Shown here in pieces: positions 41,577 through 51,377 of a stretch of 64,000 nt of DNA. Source of the DNA: Bdellovibrionota bacterium (lineage in GTDB: Bacteria; Bdellovibrionota_C; UBA2361; CAKMMH01); contig JBMNLI010000012.1 of NCBI GenBank assembly GCA_050952645.1, forward strand, positions 290,835 through 354,834, given 5' to 3'. Both the position numbers and the translations under genes were made by a program. Every line of letters begins with the position of its first letter. Within the stretch, counting starts at the first letter, position 1. The notes under the pieces were generated by a model, which saw nothing but the letters and a program-made list of their open reading frames with translations, was not told the origin of the DNA and ran no database searches.

Positions 41577-43496
41577 TTATAATTCATTATTTAGTAGTAA
41601 ACTAGCAACCGCTAATGGCTCTAAATTATTAGCTTGAGAAAGTGCTTTAGGAGCATTCTTTATAATTTCGCTTCTAAGTTTTTTAGCGATAATGTCGGCA
41701 GTCTCGGAAGTTAAAACTTCGCTCGATAAATCTAGGAGTGCAAAGCCCGTAGCTTTTACTAACTCTAAATTGCTTTCTATAACATTAAACATTTCATCCA
41801 TAGTTTTTATGTTAGTTTCAAGCGTCTCTTTTAAATCACCTAATGCATTACTTAACTTATAAGCATCTATCGAGTTTGATAAATTAAGATTTTTATCAAA
41901 AATCGATGAAAATGTTTTTGATACTCTAGAAAATTTATTCGTTTTTTCTCCGCTAAACCTTACAAATTCGTCTTGCGTGCTATTATCGATATTTTTTAAT
42001 GTTCCAAATACGCCAAGTTCTACGACTTGTGAGCTATTATAAGAAAGCGTTAGCTGTTTTATGCTGTCTAAAGGCTCTCCATTATAACTAGTAATTTCTT
42101 GTCCTAAATTATTTATAACTTTTATATTATTTGCGCTAGGCTCAGAATACGCAATGTAAGAAAGCCCATTTAGATTATTAGAAATAGTAGAAAACTCTTC
42201 TACTAAAACACCACTCTTTATAGTCTTAAAATCATTACTTCCATATTCATAAGATAAAATATTACTCCCATCGTAAACGGCAATAGTATTTAAGTCTATA
42301 AACCCAAATTTTGTAATGTTTGTATTACTTGAAAAATCATCATCGTTAACAAAATCGCTACTTCTAAGTAAATAATTTTGCATATTTTCAGTATCGCTAT
42401 ACGCTGTATATCCCCCATCAGAGCTAATTTGTAAATTAGTAAAAGCCGCGCTTGCTGCCCCCTCCCTTCTTGCTACTTCTTCTAAAATTAAAGGGCTACT
42501 TAAGTCGCTTATATCTACTTTTTCAATCTTTTCTATATTACTATCTTCTGAAAAACTCGAAAATATTACGACGCTACCATTTTCTGAGATTTTTGCTTCA
42601 CTATAATTTAACTCATCAGTAGTAAGTTTTTTTAAAAAGTTTCCTCTGTTGTCAGTTAAATATAATGAAGCGTAATTGATATCTGTTTCATATTTACTTA
42701 CTATAGAAAGCCCCATTTCTTTATTAACATCTTTTAGTTCATACTCTACACCATCTCCTCTTAAAACTATTTTTTCACCAGTAGAGTTTGAGATAAATGA
42801 AACCGCTTTTTTACCATCGATAACGCTAGAAAGAACGTTTACATTATTTGAAATAATGCCACCTAGACCTAAAGTGCCATCTTTAGCATTAGTAGATATG
42901 GTCATAGGAGCATATTTTGAGTTTTCAGACGTTATAACCTTGCCATAAGCACTCTTTGGAATACTTACTTCTTTTTTAGGTTTTATTTTTTCACTTACTA
43001 GACTTTCATTATCACCATCAAAAATAAACTTGTCAAAAACCTCTGCGATAGCTTCCGACTTTTCAGGATCTAAACCAATTATAGAAAATAATTTACTAAG
43101 TCCCTCTTTAGTTAAAAGATCTTTTTCCGCTAGAGAGGCATTGCTAACGAGTTCCTTAAATTCTTTTACTAACTCACCGTACTTTATATTTAATCTCTTT
43201 CTAGTATAAGTTTGAACTGATGGAGATTTAGCTTTTTCTGTAAGCTTTAGCATATCGTCAGTTATCTTTAAAAGCCCTGAAAGAGTGTCCTTTGATATAT
43301 TTAAATAGTTTATAAGAGAGTTTAAAGATGATACAGAGTTAGCATAAATTCTAGCTCCACTTTGCAAAGTATCACTCCAGCCTAGGTCTTTAGTATTGCT
43401 CACACTTTTAGAAGATGTCTTCTTAGCCATCTTCTCAATAGTAGCAACGAAGTCTTTATTTAAAACTGTTGATAAACTTACACGACTTACCGTCAT
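41577..43496 (-). CDS. Divergent flagellin-like protein with central beta-propeller-like insert
   Basis: N-terminal helices match the flagellin N-domain pattern (...LNISKDTLSGLLKITDDMLKLTEKA...TRKRLNIKYGELVKEF...KDLL). C-terminus ALSQANNLEPLAVASLL. Middle has ISENGSVVIFSS and ISSDGGYTAYS blades. Confidence 0.75.
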   Translation of the reverse strand: MTVSRVSLSTVLNKDFVATIEKMAKKTSSKSVSNTKDLGWSDTLQSGARIYANSVSSLNSLINYLNISKDTLSGLLKITDDMLKLTEKAKSPSVQTYTRKRLNIKYGELVKEFKELVSNASLAEKDLLTKEGLSKLFSIIGLDPEKSEAIAEVFDKFIFDGDNESLVSEKIKPKKEVSIPKSAYGKVITSENSKYAPMTISTNAKDGTLGLGGIISNNVNVLSSVIDGKKAVSFISNSTGEKIVLRGDGVEYELKDVNKEMGLSIVSKYETDINYASLYLTDNRGNFLKKLTTDELNYSEAKISENGSVVIFSSFSEDSNIEKIEKVDISDLSSPLILEEVARREGAASAAFTNLQISSDGGYTAYSDTENMQNYLLRSSDFVNDDDFSSNTNITKFGFIDLNTIAVYDGSNILSYEYGSNDFKTIKSGVLVEEFSTISNNLNGLSYIAYSEPSANNIKVINNLGQEITSYNGEPLDSIKQLTLSYNSSQVVELGVFGTLKNIDNSTQDEFVRFSGEKTNKFSRVSKTFSSIFDKNLNLSNSIDAYKLSNALGDLKETLETNIKTMDEMFNVIESNLELVKATGFALLDLSSEVLTSETADIIAKKLRSEIIKNAPKALSQANNLEPLAVASLLLNNEL

Positions 43497-43520
43497 ATAA
43501 AAAAACTCCTATGGTACAAA

Positions 43521-43548
43521 TTATCGAGTAAAAAATATTGAAACTTTA
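43521..43548 (-). promoter_or_regulatory. Sigma28 (FliA)-type promoter
   Basis: Minus strand TAAAGTTT-N12-CTCGATAA versus consensus TAAAGTTT-N11-GCCGATAA, just upstream of the AGGAG RBS of the flagellin-like gene. Confidence 0.7.
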
Positions 43549-43680
43549 AAAAACTTCTGTAAGTATTTGATGTTATTTAACTATTAAAATATTCATAAAT
43601 TTATTCTTTAAATTTTATATGTATGTAATTTAAATACGTGTTAAAATAAAATGTAAAGATAAATCATAAAGGATGTAAGT

Positions 43681-44187
43681 ATGAGTGAAACAGTATATAT
43701 GACTAAAAATTGCTACAATAAGCTTTTTAAAGAACTAGAAACTCTTACGCACGTTGTGCGTCCGAAAACTGTCGATGCAGTTGCTTTAGCTGCAGGCAAT
43801 GGAGATAGGTCTGAAAACGGTGATTATATTTATGGAAAAAAAATGCTAAGGCAAATAGATTCTAAAGTTCGTTTTTTAAGCAAAAGATTAGAGAACGCTA
43901 AAATCGTAGAACCTGAAAAAATTGTTGCCTCGGACGTTCGCTTTGGTGCAACAGTTACGTTATTAAACGAAAATGATGAAGAAAAAAAATATACTATCGT
44001 AGGAGAAGATGAGATTCTAGTAGAAAAAGGCTTAATTAGTTATAAGTCCCCTATTGCAAGTGCGTTATTTAAGAAAAAAGAAGGAGACCTCGTAGAAGTT
44101 CACACCCCAAAAGGAATAGTAGAATACGAAATTTTAAAGATTGAGTATATAAAAATACCTAAGTACGATGAAAATGGTAATTTATAA
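43681..44187 (+). CDS. greB: Transcription elongation factor GreB
   Basis: AAGNGDRSENGDYIYGKK.LRQID. Confidence 0.93.
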   Translation: MSETVYMTKNCYNKLFKELETLTHVVRPKTVDAVALAAGNGDRSENGDYIYGKKMLRQIDSKVRFLSKRLENAKIVEPEKIVASDVRFGATVTLLNENDEEKKYTIVGEDEILVEKGLISYKSPIASALFKKKEGDLVEVHTPKGIVEYEILKIEYIKIPKYDENGNL

Positions 44188-44197
44188 AACTTAAATT

Positions 44198-45382
44198 TTA
44201 AAAATTTATTTTTACGTAAGATAAACTATGATCTGAAGCTTGAGGGTATACATCAGAGATGCCACTGTTGTAATTTCCTTCAACTGCAAAATTTTCCCAA
44301 GTAAAAGACAAACTCGGAACTGCTACTAGTATATCGTCTACCCAAGAATAAGTATTTTGGTACATGTATGTTCCTTGTAATCTCGATGTTTCTGCGTCAT
44401 CAGTAAGAACCGATATAAACACTGGAGGTCTAACGACACCACTTTGACAAAGTGGAACGCCTTTTTTTGAAAGTCTACAAGGCGCCTTACCTGAAAACAT
44501 ACTAAGAGTATGAGTGCCTTTTAAAATTCTTGCCGATGCAGAATCAAGGTCTGCATTTCTATCACCTAGTAAAATTAAAATCTGTTCTCCATCTATTAAG
44601 CTTTTTTTAAATCTATTTTCTACAATACTTCTTAACGCTTCAGCAGATTGCATACGTAAAATTTCCCAATTAGTTTTTGCTGGGTCTTTAAAGCCTCCAC
44701 TTTTAGATTTAAAATGAAAAGTTATTATATTTATTTTTTTAGTTTTATTTTTTCCTCTAGCCTTAACTTTTAGCTGTATTTCAAAAGGCCCACGAGTAAA
44801 AAATTTAGGTCTCTCTCCCTCGATAAGCTTTGGAAGTTCGACTCTTGAATAAGATACGGTATCTAAAACCTCTGCTCTATCTTTCGCTACTAAAAAACCT
44901 ACTCTAGAATATTTATCGTTTGAACGTGCTAAGTAATAATTAAAAACTCTACCAGTATTATGAGCAAGCAATTTTCCAAGTTTTTTTATAGCCTCTTTAG
45001 AGTTGTTTTCATTTCCTAAAAGCTCTTGAAAAGCTATTACATCACATTTATTAAAAGCAAATCTTTTTACTAGTGCTTTATTTTTAAGAGTGTAATCATC
45101 CTTTGAAAGTTTTGCATTTCTCTTTTTAGCATCATCAAACAATCCGTAATTTTCTAAATTTTGACTACATACTACTAAATCAACTTCTCCTCTTGGGTCA
45201 TCATCGTATATTTTATATCCTCTAGATTGTGCGGATAAGTCGTTTGCAATAAGTAAAAATAAAAATATAAAACTTGCATACGTTCTAAACACTCCTGACA
45301 ATTTTTGCATCATTCTTTGTATCGTTCTTTGTATCGTTTTTTGCATCGTTCTTAACATCATTCTTAACATTATTCTTAACAT
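44198..45382 (-). CDS. Exported endonuclease/exonuclease/phosphatase family protein
   Basis: SQNLEN, AFQE, HFKS, GDRN and ASDH; true start probably later than annotated. Confidence 0.88.
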   Translation of the reverse strand: MLRIMLRMMLRTMQKTIQRTIQRMMQKLSGVFRTYASFIFLFLLIANDLSAQSRGYKIYDDDPRGEVDLVVCSQNLENYGLFDDAKKRNAKLSKDDYTLKNKALVKRFAFNKCDVIAFQELLGNENNSKEAIKKLGKLLAHNTGRVFNYYLARSNDKYSRVGFLVAKDRAEVLDTVSYSRVELPKLIEGERPKFFTRGPFEIQLKVKARGKNKTKKINIITFHFKSKSGGFKDPAKTNWEILRMQSAEALRSIVENRFKKSLIDGEQILILLGDRNADLDSASARILKGTHTLSMFSGKAPCRLSKKGVPLCQSGVVRPPVFISVLTDDAETSRLQGTYMYQNTYSWVDDILVAVPSLSFTWENFAVEGNYNSGISDVYPQASDHSLSYVKINF

Positions 45383-45384
45383 CG
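45303..45384. repeat. 12-bp tandem repeat at the 5' end of the EEP gene
   Basis: About 7 degenerate units (tctttgtatcgt / tcttaacatcat) encoding MLRI MLRM MLRT MQKT IQRT IQRM. Confidence 0.8.
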
Positions 45385-45981
45385 CCTTCTCCTATAATTA
45401 GATGTGAAAACCTCATCTAAACTTAAATTAGTTCTTAATGCGTTATCTATTCTGCTTAGCGCAAGCGTACCGATTAAAATTGCATCTATTATATCTTGAT
45501 TACTCTTTTTTAAAATATCTTTTTCTAAAAAACCAATATTTAAAAGCTCCTTTGCGTAAAGAGTGCTAACCGTCTGCCTAGCTATCTGCTTAACATTTTC
45601 TCTATCTATTTGAGAGCCTTTTAAGCCCATTATCTCATATTGAACGGTTCTAGGATTTACTCTCCCTGGAACGCAAGCCTTGAAACTTCTAGCTAAAACA
45701 TCAAAAATACACCTTACTTGCTCAACGACTAGCGTCGCTCTAGGGTCGACTATGGATGTAGCTTCTTCGCAAATTAACACATCGTTTTTTGAAAGTTCTA
45801 ATGCTTTAAATAAAATGGAAACTTTATTTTGAAGATCTAAAAGCTTTTCGCTTAAAACTCCTTTATCTACAGATTTTATATTACCTACACAAAGAAGTTT
45901 TTTTAAGTTTATATCAAAAAGTGCCCAACCTGAACAAGTTAAACTCGGGTCGATGGCTAACAATCTTTTATATTTTTTCAT
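45376..45981 (-). CDS. ruvC: RuvC-like Holliday junction resolvase
   Basis: LLAIDPS..CSGWA, ICEE and DIIDAI supply the acidic catalytic residues. Confidence 0.75.
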   Translation of the reverse strand: MKKYKRLLAIDPSLTCSGWALFDINLKKLLCVGNIKSVDKGVLSEKLLDLQNKVSILFKALELSKNDVLICEEATSIVDPRATLVVEQVRCIFDVLARSFKACVPGRVNPRTVQYEIMGLKGSQIDRENVKQIARQTVSTLYAKELLNIGFLEKDILKKSNQDIIDAILIGTLALSRIDNALRTNLSLDEVFTSNYRRRRC

Positions 45982-46137
45982 ATATATATATTTCTTTATA
46001 TGGTATTAATAATTATGTAGTAATTGATTTTAAATAATGATTAAAATTTAGTCTTTTAATATTCTATTTTGTATATTAAAATTTTAACGTTTAAATTTTA
46101 TAAAGACAATGGATTTTTATAACTATAAATAGGAAAT

Positions 46138-46944
46138 ATGAATAAGGAAGTTTTATTTGAACTATATTCTAAAATGTATTATTTAAGAGAATTTGAGAAA
46201 CTTATTTCAAAAAGTTTTCTTTTAGAAAATATTCAAAAACTCCCTACATCTTATTATAAATTAGAAGCTTTAGCAGTATCGCTTATCTCAGTTTCTTCCC
46301 CTAGCGACTATCTATTTTCAACAGATAGAGTTCATCCCTATTTTATCTTAAAGCATAATAAAATAGAGCGTGGCATAAAAGAATATTTTAAAATATTAAA
46401 AAATAGTGAAAATATCGCTAACAACACCTTAAGGGCTTTTTCGTTTAACGATCACCCTGAAAGAGTATTTAATACGATGCAAGGTATGGCTTTATCGTTT
46501 AAGGAAACCAGCTTTATGCCAGCATTTTTAATTACGCTAGATAGTATGCACGCTACTTTAAAGCAATTTTTAGACTCGGTTATATTTTCTATAACGAACA
46601 CGCTTCCTGCTGTTTACATCATAGAAAGAACTAAACAAGATGATATAACAGTTTTAAATAATATTTTAGAAACCAATAGGGATAAGGTTTTAAGAGCTGA
46701 AATAAAGACTGATGATATATTCGAGCTAAGAAGCGTTTTTTTAAAAGCGATAAGAAGCGCAAAAGAATATTTAACGCCAGCGGTGATCTTATGCAATGCT
46801 TTTAACTCTAGCGACCCAATAGAGTTTTTAGAAAATAAAATGGTGCTACTAGAACTTTCATTAGATGAGTTAAAAGAAACGCTTAATACTGAAATAAATT
46901 ATTTAATAAATGAAGATTTAAAAGAGTTTTTAAATGTTGCTTAA
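46138..46944 (+). CDS. Degenerate 2-oxoacid dehydrogenase E1 alpha-like protein
   Basis: LYSKMYYLREFE, EALAV, D......R.H, LPAVYIIE and DPI are retained. GDG...NN TPP motif absent. Confidence 0.75.
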   Translation: MNKEVLFELYSKMYYLREFEKLISKSFLLENIQKLPTSYYKLEALAVSLISVSSPSDYLFSTDRVHPYFILKHNKIERGIKEYFKILKNSENIANNTLRAFSFNDHPERVFNTMQGMALSFKETSFMPAFLITLDSMHATLKQFLDSVIFSITNTLPAVYIIERTKQDDITVLNNILETNRDKVLRAEIKTDDIFELRSVFLKAIRSAKEYLTPAVILCNAFNSSDPIEFLENKMVLLELSLDELKETLNTEINYLINEDLKEFLNVA

Positions 46945-47764
46945 AATACAAGATTGTTTTTCATGGACATTAAATAGGTTTCAAGATACGTTAGCAAAAG
47001 GTTTGTTAATATACGCTGACAGCTCTAATGAGGTAGAATTATTAGTAAGCTCTTGTAAAAATAATATCGTTTTAAAAGACAATCCTTCTAAAGAGATAAT
47101 CGATTTTGCAAACGGGGCTGCTATTAGCGGTCGCCCTGTAGCATCGCTAGTCTGTGCTAACGGCGAATATAATGATATCATATTAAATATACTAGACTTA
47201 GCTAAGACGCTTTCGGAGCCGACTTTTAAGCATATAAATGTGTTAATAGATAATGATTTCTCTACTTTAGATGTAAATTATATTGGTAATTTATTTAGCA
47301 CATTAGATTACAAAATCTATCTTCCATCTAACCCTTATGATTTTTGTTCATTATTAAAAATAGCACTAGAAGATGCTAATCCTAACTTTTTTTTAATTTC
47401 ACCAGATATTTTTGAAGTGCAAGGTCCAGTGCCTGATTTTGAAACCGACCCTTTAACTAAGAGCCAATCTAAAATAAGAAAAGAAGCTAACGATGTTTCA
47501 ATTATAGCAACGGGCGAAGATATATTTCAAGCTTGCGAATATGCCGATAGTTTACCTTTAAACGCAGAGATTATAGAAACTAGAGTTATATCTCCTATCG
47601 ACTATCAAACGCTTACTAACTCTATTTTAAAAACTAAAAACGCTAAGATAATTCAAACTAACTCTTATTTAGAAAACTTTAATCAAGATTTATGTAGCAA
47701 GCTACAAAATCTTTGTAAGGATGCTTTTATTTGCATTGAAAGAATTGAGTGTAATGAAAATTAA
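46934..47764 (+). CDS. Degenerate 2-oxoacid dehydrogenase E1 beta-like protein
   Basis: GAAISGRPV, PSNPYD..SLLK.A..D.NP, R.E..DVSIIA and AEII..R.ISPID...L..SI.KT. Confidence 0.78.
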   Translation: MLLKIQDCFSWTLNRFQDTLAKGLLIYADSSNEVELLVSSCKNNIVLKDNPSKEIIDFANGAAISGRPVASLVCANGEYNDIILNILDLAKTLSEPTFKHINVLIDNDFSTLDVNYIGNLFSTLDYKIYLPSNPYDFCSLLKIALEDANPNFFLISPDIFEVQGPVPDFETDPLTKSQSKIRKEANDVSIIATGEDIFQACEYADSLPLNAEIIETRVISPIDYQTLTNSILKTKNAKIIQTNSYLENFNQDLCSKLQNLCKDAFICIERIECNEN

Positions 47765-47857
47765 ATATAAATTAAATATAAATTAAATGAAAATTAAATA
47801 GCGAAAAAATTTATTTCTTTTATTTAGTTCTCTTCTTTATTACTCGCTTTTTATCAC

Positions 47858-48103
47858 TTATTCTTTATCACTTTTATTTGTATTACTAGCACTCGTATTT
47901 AAATTTTCAGTTTCTATGTCGGCTTTTTCGCATTTAAAATCTATGTTTTTGTTTTCATTTTCTATTGAATTATTTTTGCATGAATTTCTAAAATTAGTTA
48001 TAGCCTTTCCTAAGCTTGAACCAAGCTCTGGCAATCTTTTTCCAAAAAGCAAAACTGCGACTAATAAAATTACTGCTATTTCCCAAGGACTTAATCCAAA
48101 CAT
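47858..48103 (-). CDS. tatA: Twin-arginine translocase TatA
   Basis: MFGLSPWE...LLFGKRLPELGSSLGKAI.NF. Confidence 0.95.
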   Translation of the reverse strand: MFGLSPWEIAVILLVAVLLFGKRLPELGSSLGKAITNFRNSCKNNSIENENKNIDFKCEKADIETENLNTSASNTNKSDKE

Positions 48104-48170
48104 TTTAAATTTACCTTTAAAAAATAAAATAAATTAAAAGTTATTATAAAATATATAAAAGCTTTTCACA

Positions 48171-49391
48171 TTGATATATAGTATAATATTACGAATGCAA
48201 GAAAACAACTATAAACTTACAATTATAAATAACGAAATAAATAACGAAATAAATAACGAAATAAATAACGATATAGATAAAGATGTAAATAACGAAAAAG
48301 CTAATGAAAACAAGCTTCCATATTTAATTTATGGCACTATATTTTCTCTATTAGTTCATACTGGCGTCTTATTTATATTATTTTCACCTCCTAGCAAACC
48401 TCCTAAGCCTTTAAAGGTATTAAATGTTGATATATCACAAATAAAATTTAATGATAATAAAGAGATTAGTCCTAAAAATTTAGCAAACAAAAAAGAACTT
48501 AAAGAAGAGCAATCAATCGGCTTAGATAAAATAAAAAATCAAATAGTAGATGATAGCGATATAGTTAATAATAAAGTGCCTAAGAAAACAGAGCTATTGT
48601 CTAGTAAAAATAATACTGTTAAAAAAGAGCAAATAAAAAGAGGAGATGGTTTAGTAAATAACTTAAATAATAATTCTATTACAAATAGCGACTTAAAAAA
48701 ATCTTATCTAAATAAAAATAATAAAAAAGTAAGGCCTCGCAATGCGAAAAAACTCTTATCATTAAAGCTAGATGAAAGCACACTTTTAAGAGATTTTGCA
48801 AGCGATGAAACTAAAGATTCTGTTAGTGATAATAATTTTAATAATAATTTTAATAATAATGTTAATAATAACGATTCTTTTAATAATCTTGTAAATTACG
48901 AGCCATTTTCTAGACCTTATGGAAGCGATGCTAAATTTACTCGGAGTGCTGGCTCATCTATGTATTTACCTAATATTCAAGATGGCGATATGACGCTTCT
49001 TAATACTAAAGCCGAGTATTTTGCGGTGTTTGTAAGACGAGTAGCTACTAGGGTATTTAGCAAGCTTAGGCAAAGTGGCTGGGAAAGTTTAAGTCGGCAC
49101 GATATAAACATCATAAATTCTTATGCTAAAATCGAAGCTAAAATGTCTAAAAGTGGTGATATAATAAGTTTAGACTTAATATCATCTTCGGGAAGTGTAA
49201 ACTTTGATAATGTTTTAAAAAATGCTATCAAAACATCTGCAAAAGATAGCAATCCCCCTAAAAATGCCGTGCTTCAAGATGGATTTATTTACTTTATATT
49301 TCAAGCTAAAAGTTGGTCTAGAAACGGAGTAAGCCAAAATGGCACTATAGGAGAACAAAGATGGCTACTACTTAGCACTGGGTTAAAATAA
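48171..49391 (+). CDS. TonB/TolA-like protein
   Basis: TM SLLVH followed by Pro-rich segment; C-terminal SSG...FD......IK.S..DSNPP. Confidence 0.8.
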   Translation: MIYSIILRMQENNYKLTIINNEINNEINNEINNDIDKDVNNEKANENKLPYLIYGTIFSLLVHTGVLFILFSPPSKPPKPLKVLNVDISQIKFNDNKEISPKNLANKKELKEEQSIGLDKIKNQIVDDSDIVNNKVPKKTELLSSKNNTVKKEQIKRGDGLVNNLNNNSITNSDLKKSYLNKNNKKVRPRNAKKLLSLKLDESTLLRDFASDETKDSVSDNNFNNNFNNNVNNNDSFNNLVNYEPFSRPYGSDAKFTRSAGSSMYLPNIQDGDMTLLNTKAEYFAVFVRRVATRVFSKLRQSGWESLSRHDINIINSYAKIEAKMSKSGDIISLDLISSSGSVNFDNVLKNAIKTSAKDSNPPKNAVLQDGFIYFIFQAKSWSRNGVSQNGTIGEQRWLLLSTGLK

Positions 49392-49552
49392 AGAGCATTT
49401 TAGATAAATCTATAAACTTAAAATTAAATTTTATACGTATAACAAAGAAAAAAAACAAGGAAAAAAAGTTTTTTGATAGATTGATAAATTTGATAGATTG
49501 ATAAAAAAGCGATGCTTGGCAAAAGTAGCGCTTTTTTAATTTTTGTTTAAAG

Positions 49553-49987
49553 TTAAAAACCTATATGAAAATTTCCGATACTAACGCTTCCACTTCCACT
49601 GCCGTTGACGTGGACGCCTACATTAACTCCGTTTCTAAGACGAACATTTCCACCTCCACCATAACCGTTAAAATACAAGTTTCCGTTAGGCCCATAATAG
49701 CTCATACTAGAAGAGCCAAAGCTCATACTAGATGACCCATAAGATCTATAGGGTCTAGGATAAGAGCCATAGCCACTATAAGAGGGAGGGTAGTAGTAAC
49801 CCCCTGTAGCACTATCGTATATTGGGGGTGGCGGTGGTGCGTACCAACTATTTGGTGCTTCTACTCTTTGGTGGGGTGGCGGTGGCTGCTGCAAAGCTCT
49901 ACGCCCTCTAAAACCTTGCGCTTCTGCTTGCGAACAAAAGAAAGCAAGCAAAAATGAAGCTAAAATGATAAGATTGAATCTTTTCAT
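49553..49987 (-). CDS. Small secreted Pro/Gly/Tyr-rich protein
   Basis: Signal peptide ending AEA-Q; AAGGAG RBS; C-terminal beta-strand-like segment ending in F. Confidence 0.8.
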   Translation of the reverse strand: MKRFNLIILASFLLAFFCSQAEAQGFRGRRALQQPPPPHQRVEAPNSWYAPPPPPIYDSATGGYYYPPSYSGYGSYPRPYRSYGSSSMSFGSSSMSYYGPNGNLYFNGYGGGGNVRLRNGVNVGVHVNGSGSGSVSIGNFHIGF

Positions 49988-50083
49988 TTTTTTACTCCTT
50001 TCTAGCTACTTTTTGCCAAGCAACTAACTAATTAGTTTAATAAATTTTATGTAATTATTCAAATGTAATTTGTAATATTTAAT

Positions 50084-50158
50084 GCTTCTTTACGTTTCAA
50101 GGTGATTATAATAATCGCTTTTTTTGTTAGCTTAAAATCTCTTTTAAACGTTAAAACC
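50084..50158. mobile_element. Degenerate MITE family copy 5
   Basis: ttctttacgtttcaaggtgatt ... aatctcttttaaacgttaaaacc; no TSD visible. Confidence 0.6.
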
Positions 50159-50207
50159 TCAAGTTTTTTTTGGTAAAATATATCTGTATTTATCGATATA
50201 TTATTAT

Positions 50208-50546
50208 ATGAAAGCTAAATACGTATTTTGTTTGCAAATATTAATTTTTATTTTAGTTTATTCAATATTATTTAAAATGAATAACGACACTCCCTTTTCT
50301 TATAATTTAAAAGCGCCATCTTTAGAAAGTTATCAAAGTTTAAATGTGCCTTGTTTATCGTATAATCCAAGCCTTTGGGAAATCGAACAAATAAGCGGAG
50401 TATCGTTAAAACAAGCAAAAGAAATTAAAAAAATTCTTGATACTAACAAATCATTAACTAAAAAAGAATTTATAGACAAGCTAATAAAAATAAAAGGAAT
50501 AGGCAAGAAAAAATCTAATAAAATCGCTAAGATCTTCTATTATTAA
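50208..50546 (+). CDS. ComEA-like helix-hairpin-helix protein
   Basis: N-terminal TM; IEQISGVS.KQA and LIKIKGIGKK. Confidence 0.75.
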   Translation: MKAKYVFCLQILIFILVYSILFKMNNDTPFSYNLKAPSLESYQSLNVPCLSYNPSLWEIEQISGVSLKQAKEIKKILDTNKSLTKKEFIDKLIKIKGIGKKKSNKIAKIFYY

Positions 50547-50648
50547 ACTTTTAAGCTTCAAAATATTAAAGAATCCTAAAATCATTCGATAGACTTATTA
50601 CAGGATAAGAAAATGTTTTATATAGGGTGCAAGGAGGCTTAAAGTAAA

Positions 50649-51350
50649 ATGAAAGAAATCTTTTCAGCATTATTTGAAAAATACTACGAAGCCATTTGTA
50701 GTTTTTTACAAACTTTTTCAGCTAATACTTGGGTTCTATTTGGACTTATATTTATAGGGCTAATCGTCAAGTTGCCACTACTATTAATTATTCCCTTATC
50801 TTACATAAGTTATCTTTCAATAGAAAATGAAGCGACTAGAAATTTTATCTTAGAGCGAACTAGCATTGCCCCAGAGTTTGTAATGCTAGGCATTTGGGTA
50901 GTTTGCATAAGTTTTAAATTTTTTGCTTTTTCTAAAAATAACGAAAATGGCTTTTCAGCAACTATAAAAAATGTTCTTAGCTTTTCTTTAGTTTTCGTAT
51001 TAGCTATAAGCATAGGGACGCCTGCATTTAAAGCATCAATATTTCAAGAGTTTCAATATGTAATTATTTTTGGAATTCTCTTATATGCATTATTTAATAT
51101 ATTTAAGCATTCTATAAAACTTCTAAAAAGTGGCTTTCTAACTTTTGCTTGGGTTTTTATTATTACCATTTTAGGCATTCAATATAATCAAGAGTATTTT
51201 AAAGATATCTTTAAGGAAAAAGATGTAAAAACTTTTTCAGAATTAAAATATGAATTAAACGATTCTCTTAGTAAAAAAATAAATAAAAAAATAAATTTAA
51301 ATAATACTGCAAATGTAAAAAGTTTTATTATAAATAAAATGCAAAATTAA
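50649..51350 (+). CDS. Hypothetical integral membrane protein
   Basis: About 6 hydrophobic segments. Confidence 0.75.
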   Translation: MKEIFSALFEKYYEAICSFLQTFSANTWVLFGLIFIGLIVKLPLLLIIPLSYISYLSIENEATRNFILERTSIAPEFVMLGIWVVCISFKFFAFSKNNENGFSATIKNVLSFSLVFVLAISIGTPAFKASIFQEFQYVIIFGILLYALFNIFKHSIKLLKSGFLTFAWVFIITILGIQYNQEYFKDIFKEKDVKTFSELKYELNDSLSKKINKKINLNNTANVKSFIINKMQN

Positions 51351-51377
51351 AATTTAGGTGCTATAATACCTAGTATT

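Noticed and set aside
50160..50595. Further sigma28-like promoters before 50208 and 50649
   Set aside because: TAAA...CGATA matches with off-consensus spacing are expected by chance at this AT content.
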